Below, piece by piece: positions 6,377 to 14,752 of a stretch of 20,000 nt of DNA. Below the pieces are notes generated by a model. It made no database searches. It was not told the DNA's origin and worked only from the letters and a program-made list of their open reading frames with translations. Position numbers and translations under genes: made by a program. The stretch lies in the IMG/VR virus record IMGVR_UViG_3300037418_002259, one strand, 5' to 3'. Position 1 is the first letter of the stretch. Every line of letters begins with the position of its first letter. The stretch is from an uncultured virus (IMG/VR IMGVR_UViG_3300037418_002259) (taxonomy: Duplodnaviria > Heunggongvirae > Uroviricota > Caudoviricetes).

Positions 6377-6817
6377 GTGACCACCCGCGAAAAGCTGGCA
6401 ACGGTCATCCCGTTGCCAGCCGCGCCCCGGGCACCCCGCGAGCGCACAACCTCACCCGTCGACCTCACCCTTGAGGTCGACCGGGTGAAGTTGCGTCGCC
6501 ACGTGACGGCCGCGCTCCTGCGACACGGAGCCGACGGCCTCCGCGGCGACTGCTACTGCGGACTTCACCCCCGCTCCCTCCGGATGCACATGGCGTCGGC
6601 CGTCTCGATCGAGACCCACCTCCCCCGGTCGTACGTCGCCCCGCTCATGGAGAGGCACCGCAACGCGGTCGGCGTCACCGATCTCGTCTGCGACTGCGGT
6701 ACGACGTACACCCCGAGCGACTACGGCCGCGAACAGCACCTCGCGGCCGCGATCGTTGCCGACATTCCAGCAGATGGCGTACGCCGTGCGCTTGACGCGA
6801 TCCGAGCAGGAGACTGA
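6377..6817 (+). CDS. hypothetical protein with two CxCG...H(M/L)A repeats, 146 aa
   Basis: CYCG...MHMA and CDCG...QHLA, each preceded by RH; likely zinc binding. Confidence 0.7.
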   Translation: MTTREKLATVIPLPAAPRAPRERTTSPVDLTLEVDRVKLRRHVTAALLRHGADGLRGDCYCGLHPRSLRMHMASAVSIETHLPRSYVAPLMERHRNAVGVTDLVCDCGTTYTPSDYGREQHLAAAIVADIPADGVRRALDAIRAGD

Positions 6818-6822
6818 CCACC

Positions 6823-7593
6823 ATGAACCCCGTCACCGCCACCACCCCGAAGGGTTCCCCTGTCGGGACTGCGAAGGGCATCGTTCACTTGCTCGACTAC
6901 ACCTACGCGGACCGGCTGACGCCGACTGCAAACGTGGTCGTCGTCAAGGTGATCGGCCTGTGCCGGTCAGTGCTGCGTGGAAAGCCTGTCGAGCGTCCCA
7001 ACTCCGAGCCGACCTGCCAGGACTGCATCGACGAGCGCGACTCCCGCGCCGCGCAGCAGGCTGGATTCGAGCACAATGTGTACGCCCGGCGCGTCCCGCT
7101 CGGGCATTCCCCGGTCGCAGGCAACAACGCGATGCGGTACGGCTCCGAGGTTGTCTGTGCCAGCCACCCCAAGGCCAACGGCCGCCCGTCCGTCGTGTGG
7201 TCCAAGAACGAGTCCGGCCATCTCCGGGAGGCCGAGAAGATCGCCCGGCAGCACTACGTGGAGGCGTACCGCGAAAGCCTCGCAGCCAAGGCCGTACCCG
7301 AGCCCGTGACCGCGATCGAGCCGGCGCGCCTGGTCGAACTCCGCACCGAGGGACAAGCGAAGGCCAGCCAGTTCGTGGACCCGCACGTGCTGCACAACAT
7401 GACCGCCGTACTGGCAAAGCGCGGCGAGACGTGGGCCGCCGCGATCCTCGGCCGAGACATCTCCCGCCGCAGCCTCGCCATCCCGGCGATGCCGTGGCTG
7501 CGGAACGGCGAGGAGTACACCCTGGTCGCGGCCGACGTCGAAGAGGACAAGGCACGGTTCGACCAGATCATCGGCTCAGAGACCGGAGACTGA
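6823..7593 (+). CDS. hypothetical protein, 256 aa
   Basis: AGGAGAC RBS; H...LC...CQDC module. Confidence 0.8.
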   Translation: MNPVTATTPKGSPVGTAKGIVHLLDYTYADRLTPTANVVVVKVIGLCRSVLRGKPVERPNSEPTCQDCIDERDSRAAQQAGFEHNVYARRVPLGHSPVAGNNAMRYGSEVVCASHPKANGRPSVVWSKNESGHLREAEKIARQHYVEAYRESLAAKAVPEPVTAIEPARLVELRTEGQAKASQFVDPHVLHNMTAVLAKRGETWAAAILGRDISRRSLAIPAMPWLRNGEEYTLVAADVEEDKARFDQIIGSETGD

Positions 7594-7596
7594 CCG

Positions 7597-7854
7597 ATGT
7601 GTGACCCTAATGCTGGTTTGCGGAAGAGCCTCGCTGAGTCGCCGTTGGCCGCTGCCATGGTGGATGGACGTGAGCCCGACGCAGCCCGCAACGCGGCGCT
7701 GCTGCACGAGGTCGCCGACACCATCCCGGATGCGGCCGGACATGACGAGGTCCACGCCGCTGGCGCGTATGCCGCGATGCGGGCCGGGCTGCCGTACAAC
7801 CGCGACTACCTCGACCGGTGGCTCGACGAACTGCTGAAGAAGCACCGGCCATGA
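7597..7854 (+). CDS. hypothetical protein, 85 aa
   Basis: GGAGAC RBS; ATGA overlap with the next gene. Confidence 0.7.
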   Translation: MCDPNAGLRKSLAESPLAAAMVDGREPDAARNAALLHEVADTIPDAAGHDEVHAAGAYAAMRAGLPYNRDYLDRWLDELLKKHRP

Positions 7855-8204
7855 GCGGCCTCGGACTGACTGACCCGCAGATGCGTGCCCTGCAAGCCGT
7901 GTACGACCTGTCCGGCGAGCACGAGGGCCGCTGCGAGATGGTCAGCCCGAGGCAGGTCGCGCTGCGACTCTGGCCGGACTCCCCCGCGTGGGATCGCCGG
8001 CCACGCCGCCAGGATGGCCACTTCGGTGGCCGGGGCGGCACGATGCCGATGAAGGCCGGGAAACTGCTGTGGCACCTACACAGCCGCGGACTGGCCCGGC
8101 GACACGAGAAACGCAACCTGTGGTCGCTGACCGCGCTCGGCTTGGACACTGTCCAGACCGCGCGGTCAGCGCTCACGCTCCCGATCCCGGAGACCACCCG
8201 ATGA
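7851..8204 (+). CDS. putative winged-helix DNA-binding protein, 117 aa
   Basis: LTDPQMRAL...SPRQVA...LWHLHSRGLARR...WSLTALG resembles a wHTH pattern; ATGA overlaps at both ends. Confidence 0.6.
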   Translation: MSGLGLTDPQMRALQAVYDLSGEHEGRCEMVSPRQVALRLWPDSPAWDRRPRRQDGHFGGRGGTMPMKAGKLLWHLHSRGLARRHEKRNLWSLTALGLDTVQTARSALTLPIPETTR

Positions 8205-9934
8205 CCCTCAAGCTCGCGCCGGACTTCACCATGCCCGACCAGGCCGTCACAGAGACCTTCGGCATCCTCGCCGTACGACGCTCCGGCAAATCGAACGCCG
8301 CCGTCGTCATAGCTGAGGAGATGTACCACGCCGGGCTGCCGTGGGTCGCGATCGACCCCAAGGGCGACTGGTGGGGCATGCGTTCGTCCGGCGACGGCAA
8401 GAAGCCCGGCCTGTCCGTGCTCGTGTTCGGAGGCGACCACGCCGACGTGCCGCTGGAGCCGACAGGCGGCGAGCTGGTCGCGGACCTGATCGTCGACCAG
8501 CGCATCACCTGCATCCTCGACATCTCGGAGATGATCAAGGCCGAGCAGACCCGGTTCCTGCTGGCGTTCGCGAACCGCCTCTACAAGCGCAACCGGAAGC
8601 CGCTGCACGTGTTCTGCGAGGAAGCCGACGAGTACATCCCGCAGCAGGTGCTCGGCGAGGACGCCAAGGTCGTGCGGGCGTTCGAGATCCTGATCAAGCG
8701 CGGCGGCCACCGAGGGATCGGGTCGACGCTGATCACGCAGCGGTCCGCGTCGCTGAACAACAACGTGCTCACGCAGGTCGAGACGCTGTTCGCGATGCGC
8801 ACGCTCGGAACGTCGGACCGGAAGGCCGTGAAGGACTGGGCGACCGGCCACGACACCGGCGTCGACGTCGTCGCCGAGCTGCCGCACCTCCACCAGGGCG
8901 AGGCGTGGGTGTTCTCCCCGCACTTCCTGCAGACCGTGCAGAAGATCCAGTTCCGTCGACGCCGCACGTTCGACTCCGGAGCTACCCCGAAGGTAGGCCA
9001 GGAGATCATCACCCCGACCCGTCGCGCCGACGTCGACCTCGCCGCGATCCGCGACGCGATGGCAGAGACGATCGAACGCGCCCAGGAGAACGACCCCGCC
9101 GAGCTGCGCCGGCGGAACGCTGCACTCGAGCGGAAGCTCGCGGACGCGCTGCGGCAACTGAAGCAGATCACGCCGCCGAAGCCGATCGAGGTCAAGGTCC
9201 CCGTGCTCACGGACGAGATGCGGGAGTCGATGCTGGCCGCGTCCGAGCGCATCGGCGAGCGGGTAGCTGCCGTGATGGCCGAGGCGCAGGAACAGATCGC
9301 TGCGGCAGTCGCCCCGGTCGTGGAAGCGCTCCGGACAGCCAAGATCCCCACCGTGCCGTCACCGAACATGGTCAAGCCGCCGCGACTTCCATCTGTCCGC
9401 CCGGTCGACGTCACACCGCGCGTCATCGACGCCACCAAGCCGGACACGGTCCACCTGGAAGGCGCTGGAGCGCGCCGAATGGTCGAGGCGCTGGGCCGGA
9501 TGGCTCCGCTCCGGCTGACGAAAGCTCAGTGGGGCACTGTCTCGCACATGAAGACCAGCGGCGGCACCTGGTCGACGTACCTGAGCCGGATCCGTCAGCT
9601 CGGGTTCCTCGACGAGAACGCCGCCGGTTACACGCTCACCGATGCCGGGTTCGACTACCTCGGCGGCCGGCCCGAGCCGATGACCGCTGCCGAACTGCAG
9701 GACCACTACCGCACGATCCTGCGCGCCGGGGCCGCGAAGATGCTCGACGCGCTGCTCGACGCCTACCCGCACGCGCTGACCAAAGACCAGCTCGGCGAGG
9801 CCGCCGGCATCGTCACCACCGGTGGCACGTTCTCGACGTACCTCGGAGACCTGACCCGCAACGGCCTGGCAGAGCGCCGCCCGGACGGCACCATCGCCGC
9901 TACCGACATCCTCATCCACGGAGCCAATCAGTGA
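8201..9934 (+). CDS. HerA/FtsK-superfamily (DUF87-like) P-loop ATPase with coiled coil and tandem C-terminal winged helices, 577 aa
   Basis: Walker A AVRRSGKS, IDPKGDW, Walker B VFCEEADE, KRGGHRG, LITQR; start re-called to ATG 8201 (GGAGAC RBS, ATGA overlap). Confidence 0.85.
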   Translation: MTLKLAPDFTMPDQAVTETFGILAVRRSGKSNAAVVIAEEMYHAGLPWVAIDPKGDWWGMRSSGDGKKPGLSVLVFGGDHADVPLEPTGGELVADLIVDQRITCILDISEMIKAEQTRFLLAFANRLYKRNRKPLHVFCEEADEYIPQQVLGEDAKVVRAFEILIKRGGHRGIGSTLITQRSASLNNNVLTQVETLFAMRTLGTSDRKAVKDWATGHDTGVDVVAELPHLHQGEAWVFSPHFLQTVQKIQFRRRRTFDSGATPKVGQEIITPTRRADVDLAAIRDAMAETIERAQENDPAELRRRNAALERKLADALRQLKQITPPKPIEVKVPVLTDEMRESMLAASERIGERVAAVMAEAQEQIAAAVAPVVEALRTAKIPTVPSPNMVKPPRLPSVRPVDVTPRVIDATKPDTVHLEGAGARRMVEALGRMAPLRLTKAQWGTVSHMKTSGGTWSTYLSRIRQLGFLDENAAGYTLTDAGFDYLGGRPEPMTAAELQDHYRTILRAGAAKMLDALLDAYPHALTKDQLGEAAGIVTTGGTFSTYLGDLTRNGLAERRPDGTIAATDILIHGANQ

Positions 9935-10383
9935 CCGCTGCGCTGACCTTCGCCGTGCTCGCCCCGACCCTGTACGCCGCGCACCATGTCGGCGACTACT
10001 GGGTCCAGACCCACCACCAGGCGCTCACCAAAGGCATACCGCGCCGTGCGGGACAGCTCGCCTGTCTGCGGCACGTCGCGACGTACACCGTCACCACGGC
10101 GCTGTTCATCGCGATCGTGTGGGCGCTGTTCGACCTGGACGTCACCTGGTGGGGATTCGCCGCCGGCCAGATCGCGTCTGCCGTCACGCACTACTGGGCA
10201 GACCGTCGTACGCCGCTGCTGCGCCTCGCCGACCGCTTGGGCAAGACAGAGTTCGCCGTACTCGGTACGCCGCGCCAAGGCCGCGACGACAACCCAACGC
10301 TTGGCACCGGCGCGACCGCGCTCGACCAGGCATGGCACCACCTATGGCTGTGGATCGCAGCCCTACTGACCGCACTGATCTGA
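9931..10383 (+). CDS. DUF3307-like His-rich membrane protein, 150 aa
   Basis: AHHVGDYWVQT...K, HVATY, HYWAD and DQAWH motifs with hydrophobic helices; GTGA overlap. Confidence 0.8.
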   Translation: MTAALTFAVLAPTLYAAHHVGDYWVQTHHQALTKGIPRRAGQLACLRHVATYTVTTALFIAIVWALFDLDVTWWGFAAGQIASAVTHYWADRRTPLLRLADRLGKTEFAVLGTPRQGRDDNPTLGTGATALDQAWHHLWLWIAALLTALI

Positions 10384-10391
10384 GGAAACCA

Positions 10392-10898
10392 ATGACCGAC
10401 CAGAAGCAGATTCGCGTCCAGTACGAGTTCGACTGGCAGAGCGTCGAGGGCATCGCCGAGTACGACGCAGACACCCACGTCCTGACCATGCGCATCAAGC
10501 CCGGTGGCCCGGTCGACAAGCTGCTCGCCGGAACCGACCAGAAGAACCTGATCCGGGCGCTCTCGTTCGCGTGGACACCGACCCGTCAGGTTGTGTCGCC
10601 CAGCGGGCAGACGATCGATCCGCCGCACATGGGCACGATCCAGTTCGGCGGCGACCTGTCCGACGAGGAGATCCACCTCGAAGCGAGCGACGCCATGGGC
10701 GCGACACTCTGCAGCATCGAGTTGTTCCCCCGTGACGAAGCCGGCCAACTGCTCCCGCGCGGCTGGTCCCGCGGCGGAGGCGACACCGGCCCGAACTGCC
10801 GCCGTGTCCCGTGCCCGAAGTGCCGGGACCTCGCGCTCGGCCGACCGGGCGTGCAGATCGTTGACCACACGTTCGGGCTCGACTGGAGCAGGGCATGA
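10392..10898 (+). CDS. hypothetical protein, 168 aa (H...LC...CPKC module)
   Basis: GAGGA RBS; 3' part of the track ORF 10119-10898. Confidence 0.75.
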   Translation: MTDQKQIRVQYEFDWQSVEGIAEYDADTHVLTMRIKPGGPVDKLLAGTDQKNLIRALSFAWTPTRQVVSPSGQTIDPPHMGTIQFGGDLSDEEIHLEASDAMGATLCSIELFPRDEAGQLLPRGWSRGGGDTGPNCRRVPCPKCRDLALGRPGVQIVDHTFGLDWSRA

Positions 10899-11125
10899 GC
10901 CGGCACGAGATCGCGGCGAGGAACGCCCGCGCCGCCGTCGACAGGGAACTCGGGATGGCCGCCCGTGCTTTGGAGTCTGCCGCCGAGTCGATCGAGGAAC
11001 TCCGGGCGCTGGGCATCGAGTACCCCGCGAATGGGCCCATCGACGCGCTCACGGTCGCCCGGACCCTGTCCCAGACGACCATCGAACTGCAGGTCAACGT
11101 ACGGAAGGCGAACCACGAAGCATGA
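10895..11125 (+). CDS. hypothetical helical protein, 76 aa
   Basis: ATGA overlaps at both ends. Confidence 0.75.
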   Translation: MSRHEIAARNARAAVDRELGMAARALESAAESIEELRALGIEYPANGPIDALTVARTLSQTTIELQVNVRKANHEA

Positions 11126-11232
11126 TCAGCCTGCTTGCGCTCACCTGGCCAACCGCGATCGGGCTCATGGTCGCGACCGGACTCATCGGCATGTCTATCG
11201 GGCTTTGGCTCGGAGCGAGGATGAGCCGGTGA
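11122..11232 (+). CDS. small single-pass membrane protein, 36 aa
   Basis: MISLLALTWPTAIGLMVATGLIGMSIGLWLGARMSR; coupled at both ends. Confidence 0.65.
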   Translation: MISLLALTWPTAIGLMVATGLIGMSIGLWLGARMSR

Positions 11233-11612
11233 CCCGCATCAGCTTCCGCGGGTACCGCCTGGCCGAGCACGAGACCGTCACCGATGAGGCGCTCGCCGGC
11301 ATGCGCGGTCAGACGTTCGTGATCCGCGACGGGGACCGCCAGACCGCCGCGCGTGTGGTCGAGGCCGTCGTGCGGGACGGGTGGATCGTGGCGACGGCAG
11401 ATCTCGACGTAGACGATTTCCCGTCCACCTTCGCTGCGGTGTTCGACGTCGGCCCGCTGAGCGTGCGCGTCCTGCCTGACATGCCGGCCGAACAGCGGTA
11501 CGTGCCGACACCCGGCGAGCCGGACTGGTCGAGCATCCCGCAGACGCTCGCGCCGTCGCGGCTCGACCAGGTCCTGTACGGCACGGACAGCGAGTTGCGG
11601 TTTCATGACTGA
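11229..11612 (+). CDS. hypothetical protein, 127 aa
   Basis: GTGA overlap with the upstream stop. Confidence 0.7.
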   Translation: MTRISFRGYRLAEHETVTDEALAGMRGQTFVIRDGDRQTAARVVEAVVRDGWIVATADLDVDDFPSTFAAVFDVGPLSVRVLPDMPAEQRYVPTPGEPDWSSIPQTLAPSRLDQVLYGTDSELRFHD

Positions 11613-11660
11613 CGGGTATCAACCGGGTGCTGATTGAACTCGGCAGTAGCCCGGCGCAGA

Positions 11661-11686
11661 CGCTCAGCGTGTACACGCAGTACCCT
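11661..11686 (+). promoter_or_regulatory. class II (leaderless-type) promoter candidate
   Basis: CGCTCAGCGTGTACACGC-AG-TACCCT, 6 nt before GTG 11693. Confidence 0.45.
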
Positions 11687-11692
11687 GAGCCC

Positions 11693-11884
11693 GTGACCCC
11701 ACCCCCTCCGCCGCCGCCCCGACGGAAACCGGACCCCACCCGGATCTCGAAGAACTGTGCCGATGGCAAGCATCATCTCTGCCACGGCACTGTCTATGTG
11801 TACCCGGTCCAGCCCGGCCAGGACCGGTTCGCGCCGTGCCAGTGCCCCGTAGAGGATTGCGGCCACGGGCGCCGCGACCGATGA
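11693..11884 (+). CDS. small Pro-rich Cys/His protein, 63 aa (start uncertain; track start 11627)
   Basis: CADGKHHLC...CQC...CGH motif; ATGA overlap with the next gene. Confidence 0.6.
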   Translation: MTPPPPPPPRRKPDPTRISKNCADGKHHLCHGTVYVYPVQPGQDRFAPCQCPVEDCGHGRRDR

Positions 11885-12312
11885 CGATCCCTGACTTCGC
11901 GAGCATGACGTGGACCTGCAACGTCTGTGGTGACGAACGGCCGGATGCAATGATCGGCGTAGCGAAGCGCCCAGGCCCGTTCCTGTCCGAACGGGTCCGC
12001 CCGTTCTGGAACATTCGGTACTGCAGAGACCGTCCGGCCTGCGTCGAGTACGCCCAGCAGGACGGCGAGTGGCTCGGCCCGGCTGAGCGGTACGACGTGC
12101 GCGTCTACTGCGACGGGATCACCATGGAGGAACTCAACCGCTGCGCAGCTATCAGCCAAGCGAGCCCGTACGACGTGCAATGGTCTGGGATCTGCGGCCG
12201 GACGGTCGCGATGGTGTCCCTGCACGCGGCGTCGGCTGTCGCCGCGGAGAAGCACGTCGGGGATCTGCTCCGAGCGGCTGGCGTCCGACCGCTTTTCACC
12301 GACGTCACCTGA
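11881..12312 (+). CDS. hypothetical protein with N-terminal zinc ribbon, 143 aa
   Basis: WTCNVC...YCRDRPAC; ATGA overlap. Confidence 0.75.
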   Translation: MTIPDFASMTWTCNVCGDERPDAMIGVAKRPGPFLSERVRPFWNIRYCRDRPACVEYAQQDGEWLGPAERYDVRVYCDGITMEELNRCAAISQASPYDVQWSGICGRTVAMVSLHAASAVAAEKHVGDLLRAAGVRPLFTDVT

Positions 12313-12468
12313 CCGGGATTTGGCCGGGATTCTTGCGTATTCGTCCGAGATCCCACCGTGCCATGCTCGCGCTGTGGCAGCCTGGCGACCGCGACTCGTT
12401 GTTTCCTCCTTTGGCCGGGCGTCGCTCGCCGGGTCTCGTTCGCAGCGGGGCCCGGCATCAGCACGAGA

Positions 12469-12494
12469 CGCTAACGGTGTCCACGGTGCACACT
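12469..12494 (+). promoter_or_regulatory. class II (leaderless-type) promoter candidate
   Basis: CGCTAACGGTGTCCACGG-TG-CACACT, 7 nt before ATG 12502, which has no RBS. Confidence 0.35.
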
Positions 12495-12501
12495 CACCCG
12501 C

Positions 12502-13377
12502 ATGACCGACTCGCCGATCTCCGGGTACTGGGCCGAGGGACGTGTCGCCGATGGCGGCTGTAGCTTCCGCTGGGCTGAGAACGCGCCTCGATGCGGCGCG
12601 CCCGTCACGCTGCACGTGCTGACTGAGTCCGCGATCTACGGCAAGGGCAGCGTCGGGACCTGTGAACCGCACGCCTCGATCGCCCGCGCGGTCGGGGTGT
12701 ACCTCGGCGAGCACTCCCCCAGCTTCCCGGACTGCCGCTGCACCCCGGTCCACGACCAGGAGCGCCCGCAGCTCGCCGCGGACCCGGACGACGTCCACCG
12801 TGACCCGCTCGACGGTGTGCCGGACTATGTCAAGGATCGGCTCCGGTACAGCGACCGTGTCCCGTTCGACCTGGTGTTCGCTCGCCGCGCTCTCTCCCAG
12901 GTCCGCGCGGCCCCGGACCCGTCGACCGTCTCGATCCACTACCGGGTTCCCCGCGACGGCGTGGAGGGGCCGCTCTGCGGGGCCCCCGGATCTGGCGTCC
13001 TCGCCGGCCACTGGCGTGCCGTGTCCTGCCCAGCCTGCCGGACAACCGGGCTCGACCCGTCGATGGCGTATGGCCGCATCGTGCCCGGCAGTGAACTCGA
13101 CGTGCCACGCCTGCCCGGCACCGTGTTCGCGGTCGAGGTCCGCCCGCCGTACGACCCGGAACTCGACCGGCGGCTCCGCGCCGTCCGACTGGCGGTCCCG
13201 TACGCCCGCGACGGCCTCACCCACTACCCCGATACACACGACGGCTGGGACATCCGCCCGCTCTGCGGAGCCGGCAAGTACCTCATGGATCTCCGCGCCG
13301 CGAGCGAGTACGTCACGTCCCGCAACTGGCGGCTCGTGTCCTGCCCGACCTGCCGAACCACGGAGACCCCACGATGA
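12502..13377 (+). CDS. hypothetical protein with repeated zinc-binding modules, 291 aa
   Basis: Two copies of HY...DG...PLCGA...WRxVSCPxCRTT. Confidence 0.75.
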   Translation: MTDSPISGYWAEGRVADGGCSFRWAENAPRCGAPVTLHVLTESAIYGKGSVGTCEPHASIARAVGVYLGEHSPSFPDCRCTPVHDQERPQLAADPDDVHRDPLDGVPDYVKDRLRYSDRVPFDLVFARRALSQVRAAPDPSTVSIHYRVPRDGVEGPLCGAPGSGVLAGHWRAVSCPACRTTGLDPSMAYGRIVPGSELDVPRLPGTVFAVEVRPPYDPELDRRLRAVRLAVPYARDGLTHYPDTHDGWDIRPLCGAGKYLMDLRAASEYVTSRNWRLVSCPTCRTTETPR

Positions 13378-13640
13378 GCGACCGCGGACACTACGTGCTC
13401 CCCGACGGCGGCCCCCTCGTCCCCGAGGTCGCACTCCCGCCGTTCCCCCCGCCCGAGTTCGACCCGCCCGCAGTCACGTACATGATCGAGTACGACTCCC
13501 GCTCAGACGGCGGACCCCGCCGCGTCGGCCCGTTCGACGACCGCGTGACCGCACAACGGCACGCCGACAGCCACACCGGCCCCGGCTTCACCGCCTCCTG
13601 GTGCGTCGTACCCGTCACCTCGCCCCAGGCAGACACCTGA
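13374..13640 (+). CDS. hypothetical protein, 88 aa
   Basis: GGAGAC RBS; ATGA and TGATG overlaps. Confidence 0.7.
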   Translation: MSDRGHYVLPDGGPLVPEVALPPFPPPEFDPPAVTYMIEYDSRSDGGPRRVGPFDDRVTAQRHADSHTGPGFTASWCVVPVTSPQADT

Positions 13641-14314
13641 TGCCCCGCAACAAACGACCCCGAGGACGCCCAACCCTCCTCACCCCCGACAGGCAAGCCA
13701 AGCTCTTCGACATCGTGAAGAAGGGCAACCACCTCACCACCGCCTGCGCAGTCGTCGGCATAGGCGTCTCCACCATGTACCGGTGGCTCGAAGACGCAGA
13801 CGAAGCCGAAGCCACCCAACTCGAAGGCGGCGACATCACCCCCCGCCAACAGGCGTGCGTGGAATTCCGGGATGGGTTGAGGCTCGCGCGCGCGCACGCG
13901 GAGATGCGTGCGGTGTCGGTGATCGAGCGGAGCATGGAGGGTGGGGCGCTGATTTCGGAGCGTCCGTTGCAGAACTCTGAGGGCGAGTTGGTGATGGATC
14001 CGGTCACGGGTGAGCCGATGTATGAGCGGACGTTCACGCAGCCGGATGGGCGGCTGGCGCTGAACTACCTGGCGCGGTCTGCTCCGCACATGTGGGGCCA
14101 GAACGTGTCTACGGGCGCGTTGGGTGACGCTGGCGGCGGTTCGGCGGCTGGTGGGCAGGCTGGTGGGGATCTGAGCGAGGATGACGCGGCGCGGCTGGCG
14201 CGGCAGTTGGCGCAGGTTGCGGCGCGGGTTCGGGAGGATGCGGAGCAGGAGCGGTTGGAGTTGGAGGCCGGCGGTGTGCAGGACGCGGAGATCGTTGAGG
14301 ATAAGGCGTCTTGA
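13640..14314 (+). CDS. HTH DNA-binding protein, terminase small subunit-like, 224 aa
   Basis: GRPTLLTP...GNHLTTACAVVGIGVSTMYRWLE HTH; DGRLALNYLARSAPHMWG resembles the AAxWxLERxxPxxWG motif of this phage family; acidic helical tail. Confidence 0.65.
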   Translation: MPRNKRPRGRPTLLTPDRQAKLFDIVKKGNHLTTACAVVGIGVSTMYRWLEDADEAEATQLEGGDITPRQQACVEFRDGLRLARAHAEMRAVSVIERSMEGGALISERPLQNSEGELVMDPVTGEPMYERTFTQPDGRLALNYLARSAPHMWGQNVSTGALGDAGGGSAAGGQAGGDLSEDDAARLARQLAQVAARVREDAEQERLELEAGGVQDAEIVEDKAS

Positions 14315-14329
14315 CGCGCATGGGTGAAC

Positions 14330-14341
14330 GCTAAGCGGGTA
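14330..14341 (+). promoter_or_regulatory. isolated GCTAAGCGGGTA box
   Basis: Exact 12-mer without the TACGCT -10 or a correctly spaced TTG. Confidence 0.6.
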
Positions 14342-14350
14342 GTCTCTGAC

Positions 14351-14389
14351 GCGAAGCGCCCGGCCATCCCCCCTTGGTCGGGCGCTTCG
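14351..14389 (+). terminator. probable intrinsic terminator
   Basis: GCGAAGCGCCCGGCCA/TGGTCGGGCGCTTCGC stem followed by CATGTT. Confidence 0.65.
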
Positions 14390-14480
14390 CCATGTTCGCG
14401 CTCCTCGCACCACAGGCCGAGGAACGGGCCCGCGCGTACACACGCTGCGCGTTGCGTGGGTTGACGCGCCCAAAGCTGCA

Positions 14481-14506
14481 CGCTCAGCGGGGGTACGCGG
14501 TACGGT
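14481..14506 (+). promoter_or_regulatory. class II (leaderless-type) promoter candidate
   Basis: CGCTCAGCGGGGGTACGC-GG-TACGGT, 6 nt before ATG 14513. Confidence 0.45.
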
Positions 14507-14512
14507 GCGGAA

Positions 14513-14752
14513 ATGACCCCACGAACACGAGCGAATTCCGGTGAAGAACCAACCCCGGCCCGCCGCGTCCGGACCATGAACCGGCAGCGGCACGGCTGGA
14601 CCGAAGCCGAAGCCCGCGACCTCCTCCGCCAGGGCTACGAGCCCGACCAGGTCGCACGCGTCACCGGGTACGGCATCGAATGGGTACAGGCGCAGCCGAT
14701 CCCCCGCAAGCCGATCCACCCGGCGCTCGCCGCGACGCAACCGCGTGAGTGA
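14513..14752 (+). CDS. small HTH-like protein, 79 aa
   Basis: ARDLLRQGYEPDQVARVTGYGIEWV resembles a helix-turn-helix. Confidence 0.6.
   Translation: MTPRTRANSGEEPTPARRVRTMNRQRHGWTEAEARDLLRQGYEPDQVARVTGYGIEWVQAQPIPRKPIHPALAATQPRE

Noticed and set aside
8201..9934. Conjugative VirB4/TraG coupling protein or plasmid TraB
   Set aside because: No TM anchor, relaxase or other conjugation genes; the context is phage-like.
12313..12460. Intergenic gap with CCGGGATT direct repeat
   Set aside because: Only two short copies, and no convincing structure or ORF.
13640..14314. Assigning the symbol terS or calling a packaging operon
   Set aside because: No terminase large subunit or portal gene in the window; the resemblance is motif-level only.
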